Positions 59,589 to 64,000 of a stretch of 64,000 nucleotides of DNA are shown here, in pieces. The DNA lies in the NCBI GenBank assembly GCA_035402825.1, contig DAONDZ010000005.1, positions 8,276-72,275 on the forward strand, written 5' to 3'. The notes below the pieces were generated by a model. It saw only the letters and a list, made by a program, of their open reading frames with translations. It was not told the DNA's origin and searched no databases. The position numbers and the translations under genes were made by a program. The stretch comes from a bacterium (lineage in GTDB: Bacteria > Patescibacteriota > Patescibacteriia > Patescibacteriales > UBA12465). How positions within the stretch are numbered: position 1 is the stretch's first letter; each line of letters begins with the position of its first letter.

Positions 59589-61439
59589 TTATTTTTTAAA
59601 CCAGAAAACATAGTCCTCGCCATTATCAATCTTCTCCCAGGAATTAGCTTCATGTTTCAAGAGTTTCACCACCCGATCAAAATCCCACCAATAATTATTA
59701 ACCACCACATAGCCCTCATCAACTCCAGCCAAGCTCAAAGCGGCCAGCACCGTCTCTCTTTTCGGTTCAGCCATTAAACTGCGGAAATACTCCTGTAATT
59801 CACCGCCGCTCTGGGTGGAATAATAAAAATAGGGGCCATAGTATTTATAAAACCCGAACTGAGAAATAGCGGCTGCTCCCACTTGCTGGTTAGCTAAAAC
59901 AATATAATCCTTCCCTGCTCCCTGAGTATGAATATAATTTACGGCTTGAATGTCGCTGGCTGAAACTGAATAGCCCTTGGAATTAAAATGAATATCATTT
60001 CTAGGGTACGCCAAATAAAAAGAAGCGGTAATTAAAAAGGAAACAAACAAAAGAATAATTGCTTTAAACAACCAGCCTTCATTATTTATCTTCTCCTCTA
60101 TTCTCTCCCCAATTAATACCAAACCCGGTAGCAAGAACAAGCTGCCGGCCAAGAGCAGACGAACGGCATAATCATATTTCTCTGTCGTGGCTAAATTAGT
60201 TAGAGGCAAGAACAAACAAAAAATATAGGCTAGAAACAAACTAGCGCCGGCTAAAACATAAGATCGCCATTCCGGCTTTTTTTTGTAAGTCCACAACATC
60301 ATCGCTATCGCCACTGCCCCTAAAATCCAGGGCCGCAAGAATTGCCAAATGTAAATAATATTACTCCACCAACTGTCGGCATTAGCCCAAGAAAAATTAA
60401 AAGCTATTTCCGGTCCGGTTAGTTTCACCGGCAAAAAGAAATAGAAAAATAACGGCCAGAAAATAGCTTGGCCCCAAAATATTAACCCCGCCCAGCGGGA
60501 AAACTTTTTTAAGATCAAGAAAGCGGTAAAAGCCAGAGCCGGGATACCAGCCAAAGGCTGAATAAAAATTGCGGCCAAAGATAAAATCAGCATGGCGGTT
60601 AATGTTTCCGAAGACGGTCTTCCCTGTTTTTGCTTTAAAGACAAGATAATCACTAACAATAAAAACAGATAGGCCAAGTTTTGCGGCACAGTATAGGTTA
60701 AGAAAGCAAACGGCCAAAGCAATAAGAGCCAGAGAACGAAATATTTGTTCTTGTTCACCGATACCTTGAAGAAAGTCAAAGGAATTAGAACGCCGGCTAA
60801 AACCGGCACCAGGAAATTATCAATCCAGCGCAAATCAATAAAACTCAAACGATGGATAATTATCTCTAAAGCATATTGGCCAGAATAATATAAAGTCTGA
60901 GGATGAATCGCCCCCTGCTTATCTATCACCGCCAAAGCAGCCCGATGTAAAAAAGGATCATAACCGTAGCCAGCGCTATAAACCAAGGGCAGAACAATAA
61001 AAGATAAAAAAATATGGCCGCCCAGGAACCAGCCGCTATATTTAGCCTGGCGATAAGCCAAAATGGCGACTACCAAAGTTAAAACAAAATAAATCAATAA
61101 AGCATAGGACGGCAAAGCTTCAAAAGGCGAAACCAAAGACCGGCCGGTGCGCGAGGAAATTATCAGTCCCAAAAAGGTTAAAAACAAAATAATATAAACC
61201 AGACTTAATCCCCAATTCGGCTGACGAGTTATCTCTTTGGTCTCAACTTGCTTCTGGCGGCTGAAATAGCGTATAATAAAAAAGGTGGAACTTAACCCTA
61301 AAATTAGGGCTAAAAATACACCGAAACTATTAAGCTGATAGCTCAAATAGACTGCCGCTCCCCAAAAGGTAACCAACCCCAGAAGCCACAATAGCGCTAA
61401 ATGATAGTTAATTTGCAAATATCTAAAAATGTTTTTCAT
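59589..61439 (-). CDS. Polytopic membrane protein, possible GT-C glycosyltransferase
   Basis: More than 12 TM segments, loop GYDPFLH, soluble C-terminal domain; lies in a glycosylation cluster. Confidence 0.65.
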   Translation of the reverse strand: MKNIFRYLQINYHLALLWLLGLVTFWGAAVYLSYQLNSFGVFLALILGLSSTFFIIRYFSRQKQVETKEITRQPNWGLSLVYIILFLTFLGLIISSRTGRSLVSPFEALPSYALLIYFVLTLVVAILAYRQAKYSGWFLGGHIFLSFIVLPLVYSAGYGYDPFLHRAALAVIDKQGAIHPQTLYYSGQYALEIIIHRLSFIDLRWIDNFLVPVLAGVLIPLTFFKVSVNKNKYFVLWLLLLWPFAFLTYTVPQNLAYLFLLLVIILSLKQKQGRPSSETLTAMLILSLAAIFIQPLAGIPALAFTAFLILKKFSRWAGLIFWGQAIFWPLFFYFFLPVKLTGPEIAFNFSWANADSWWSNIIYIWQFLRPWILGAVAIAMMLWTYKKKPEWRSYVLAGASLFLAYIFCLFLPLTNLATTEKYDYAVRLLLAGSLFLLPGLVLIGERIEEKINNEGWLFKAIILLFVSFLITASFYLAYPRNDIHFNSKGYSVSASDIQAVNYIHTQGAGKDYIVLANQQVGAAAISQFGFYKYYGPYFYYSTQSGGELQEYFRSLMAEPKRETVLAALSLAGVDEGYVVVNNYWWDFDRVVKLLKHEANSWEKIDNGEDYVFWFKK

Positions 61440-61468
61440 ACACTTATTATAGCTAAAAACTCCGAAAA

Positions 61469-62575
61469 ATGAAAATTGCCATTTTAAACAACCTTTACTT
61501 CCCTCATGAAAAAGGCGGCGCTGAGAAAGCGGCGGCCAATTTGAGCGCTGAACTGAGAAATTTAGGCCATACCGTTTTTACCGTTTCTACCGCCCCCAGA
61601 ACGTATAGCGCTAATGCCAATTACTACCTTGCCTCGCAATATTATCAGCTCAGCCAAAAAAGCTGGCCCTATCGCCTGCTGTGGCAGATGAATAATCTCT
61701 ATAACCAAACTAAATACCGGGAAATAAAAAAAATCTTCCAAAAAGAAAAACCGGAATTAGTAATCACCCACAACCTAATGGGGTTGGGATTATTAATCCC
61801 GAGGCTCATCAAAGAAATAAAAGCTAAACACGTCCATATTCTTCACGATTTGCAACTGCTCTACCCCTCCGGCATTATTTTAGCCGGCCAAGAAAAAAGA
61901 TTAGACTCAACTCTAGCTAAAAAATACCAGAACCTAGCCCGGAAACTAATGGGCTCGCCCGACTTAGTCGTTTCGCCTTCCCGCTGGCTTTTAGACCTCC
62001 ACCAACAAAGAGGATTCTTTCCCCACTCGCAAACAGCCGTTCGATTAAATCCCATTAAGACTATACCGAAAATAGTCAGCGAGCGGAATCAAAAACAATT
62101 TATCTTCGTCGGCCAAATGGAAGAATCTAAAGGAGCTCCCTTCCTGTTTTCCGCTTGGCAGAAGATGCCGACGGAATATAAATTAATCATGGTGGGCTCC
62201 GGCAGCCAGCTAGAGAAACTGCAGAAATTGGCCCAAGAAAAAAATATAACTAACATTGAATTCACCGGCCGCCTAGAAATGGAAAAGGTTTTCCCACTGT
62301 TGGCTCAAAGCTCAGCACTCATTCTCCCCTCTCTAACCTATGAAAACTCTCCTAATGTGATTATCGAAGCCGCCTCGCAAGCTACCCCCACTATTGCTAG
62401 CCGTCTGGGCGGCATACCGGAGCTCATAAAACTTTGCGGCGGCGGCGAATTCTCCCCTGGCAATGAAGCTGAACTATTGGCCGCTATTCAAAAACATCTC
62501 AAAAATAATCTCAGCGTCAAAACTCTTCCGCCTGATAATTACGCCGCTTGGCTCTTAGCTAAAATATCTTCCTAA
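61469..62575 (+). CDS. Glycosyltransferase family 4
   Basis: GGAEK, ENSPNVIIEA, GGIPEL. Confidence 0.9.
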   Translation: MKIAILNNLYFPHEKGGAEKAAANLSAELRNLGHTVFTVSTAPRTYSANANYYLASQYYQLSQKSWPYRLLWQMNNLYNQTKYREIKKIFQKEKPELVITHNLMGLGLLIPRLIKEIKAKHVHILHDLQLLYPSGIILAGQEKRLDSTLAKKYQNLARKLMGSPDLVVSPSRWLLDLHQQRGFFPHSQTAVRLNPIKTIPKIVSERNQKQFIFVGQMEESKGAPFLFSAWQKMPTEYKLIMVGSGSQLEKLQKLAQEKNITNIEFTGRLEMEKVFPLLAQSSALILPSLTYENSPNVIIEAASQATPTIASRLGGIPELIKLCGGGEFSPGNEAELLAAIQKHLKNNLSVKTLPPDNYAAWLLAKISS

Positions 62576-62578
62576 ACA

Positions 62579-62604
62579 AAAAACCCTCCGAGCGGAGGGT
62601 TTTT
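62579..62604. terminator. Bidirectional terminator between convergent genes
   Basis: AAAAACCCTCC-GAGC-GGAGGGTTTTT. Confidence 0.8.
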
Positions 62605-62624
62605 AAATAAGCAAATTTAAATAA

Positions 62625-63641
62625 TTAGGATTGGAACTCTTTGAGCTGACGTTTAGCCTGAAGATCAAAAACAGTTTTTTTAAGTCCGTTAGCCAAGGTC
62701 ACCACCGGCATCCAGCTTAACTCATTCTTGACGATGGTAATATCGGGCAAAGGCAATTCGCTCATGAATAATTTCTGCTCACTGTAAACCACCTTAGATT
62801 CGGAACCCAGCTCTTTAATAATTAACTGAGCAATTTCCGACAGTTTTACATCTTCGTCAGAACCGACATTGATCGGACCGGCTAAACTGGAAGCCATCAT
62901 TTTAATCGCCGCATCCACCACATCGGAAACATAGCAAAAAGAGGAAGAAAAATTTTCATCTCCGAAAATTACCAAATCTTCATTATTCATGGCGCTAAGA
63001 ATAAAGTCCGGCAGCATCTGGTCGTCGTGCAAAGTCATTCGCGGGCCATAGGTTCTAAATACGCGGATTATCTTGGCATCCAGATTATAGATATCGCGGT
63101 AATTCTTGACCATGGTCTCGGCAAAACGCTTGCCCTCGTCATAAGCGCTGCGTTCCGACAGATTATCCACTATTCCCTTAAAATCTTCCTTGATCTTGAA
63201 ACTAGTGCCCAAAGGTCGGGGGCCATAAACAACCGAGGAAGAAAAATTAACCAGCTTGGCCTGATACTTCAAAGCTAAATCCAAAGCATTCTTGATGCCT
63301 AAAGAACTGGTTAAAAGCATGCCCAAACGGTTCTCCATAAAATGCTTAGGCGAAGTCGGACAGGCTAAATAATAGATTTCTTGAACCCCCTGGAAAGCGA
63401 CCTTAAACTTCTTCAATTCAGAATGAGATTCCAAATCCAAGGGCAAAGAAATATCGTGATTGATAAAAACAAAATTAGGATTAGGCAAGAGATGCTCAAT
63501 ATTAGATTCGGTGCTGCTAGCAAAATTATCTACGCAAATGACTTTAGCCTCTTTGACTAATTCTTCGCATAAATGAGAACCGATAAAACCGGCGCCGCCG
63601 ATAATTAGGATGTTTTTCTTATCAAAAATAACTTGAGGCAT
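62625..63641 (-). CDS. NAD-dependent epimerase/dehydratase, UDP-glucuronate decarboxylase-like
   Basis: GGAGFIGSHL, LACPTSP, YDEGKR, TYGPRM. Confidence 0.9.
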   Translation of the reverse strand: MPQVIFDKKNILIIGGAGFIGSHLCEELVKEAKVICVDNFASSTESNIEHLLPNPNFVFINHDISLPLDLESHSELKKFKVAFQGVQEIYYLACPTSPKHFMENRLGMLLTSSLGIKNALDLALKYQAKLVNFSSSVVYGPRPLGTSFKIKEDFKGIVDNLSERSAYDEGKRFAETMVKNYRDIYNLDAKIIRVFRTYGPRMTLHDDQMLPDFILSAMNNEDLVIFGDENFSSSFCYVSDVVDAAIKMMASSLAGPINVGSDEDVKLSEIAQLIIKELGSESKVVYSEQKLFMSELPLPDITIVKNELSWMPVVTLANGLKKTVFDLQAKRQLKEFQS

Positions 63642-63678
63642 ATAGATTAATAAAAATATTAGCTAATCTTAGTATAGC

Positions 63679-64000
63679 TTATTTAGCCGATAAAATAAAG
63701 CCGACCGTCAGTCCTTTATCAAAACTGTCCGAATAAGCATAGAAAGAATCTATTAAATCCCCCCGATTATTCCAAGTTCTGACATGCGGCGTTCCGCCCG
63801 GACCGGCCCCGGTGATAATCTCCACTCGGCCATCATTATTCACATCGCCGCTGGCTAGGCTGACGCCGTTTTTAAACTTTTCGTCATAAGCCAAGAAGCT
63901 CAACTTCAAGCGGCCGTCATTAGCAAAAGCCTTAACCCGCGGTTCGCTGTCTTTTATCGGCGCGACAATAATCTCATCGCGGCTACGATCCAAGCGGCCA
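63679..64000 (-). CDS. C-terminal part of an FG-GAP/VCBS-repeat protein (5' truncated)
   Basis: GDVNNDGRVEIITGAGPGGTPHVR repeat. Confidence 0.8.
   Translation of the reverse strand, partial: GRLDRSRDEIIVAPIKDSEPRVKAFANDGRLKLSFLAYDEKFKNGVSLASGDVNNDGRVEIITGAGPGGTPHVRTWNNRGDLIDSFYAYSDSFDKGLTVGFILSAK

Noticed and set aside
1-64000. CRISPR array, rRNA, IS transposase, retron/DGR reverse transcriptase, alternative genetic code
   Set aside because: No repeat-spacer periodicity, rRNA motifs, transposase or RT motifs seen; core genes are full length under code 11 and TGA is used as a stop

Overview
Chromosomal window from a small-genome bacterium, most likely Patescibacteria/CPR (Parcubacteria-like). 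Supporting signs are the missing rpmD/L30 in the spc operon, mostly SD-less AT-rich leaders, a DUF5671-like protein, long ribosomal-protein tails and genetic code 11. Bases 1-~8980 are the right end of an AT-rich integrative element carrying a type I restriction-modification operon with an embedded PIN-domain gene, a small ATPase/HTH module, a structured attenuator-like leader RNA and a large serine recombinase. The element abuts the 3' end of a tRNA-Asn(GUU) gene, which is split in the anticodon by a 557-nt group I intron encoding an HNH endonuclease. The rest is core genome, mostly on the minus strand: rpoD-dnaG, scpAB, asnS/aspS, recO, map, the str/S10/spc and alpha ribosomal clusters, comEC, prfB, a reduced dcw cluster and glycosyltransferases. 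The most striking items are a type IV pilin with a flagellin D1-like insert, the intron-split tRNA nested against the integrase, and two unannotated terminator/antiterminator RNA switches. All calls are from reading the sequence by eye; no searches or folding programs were run.
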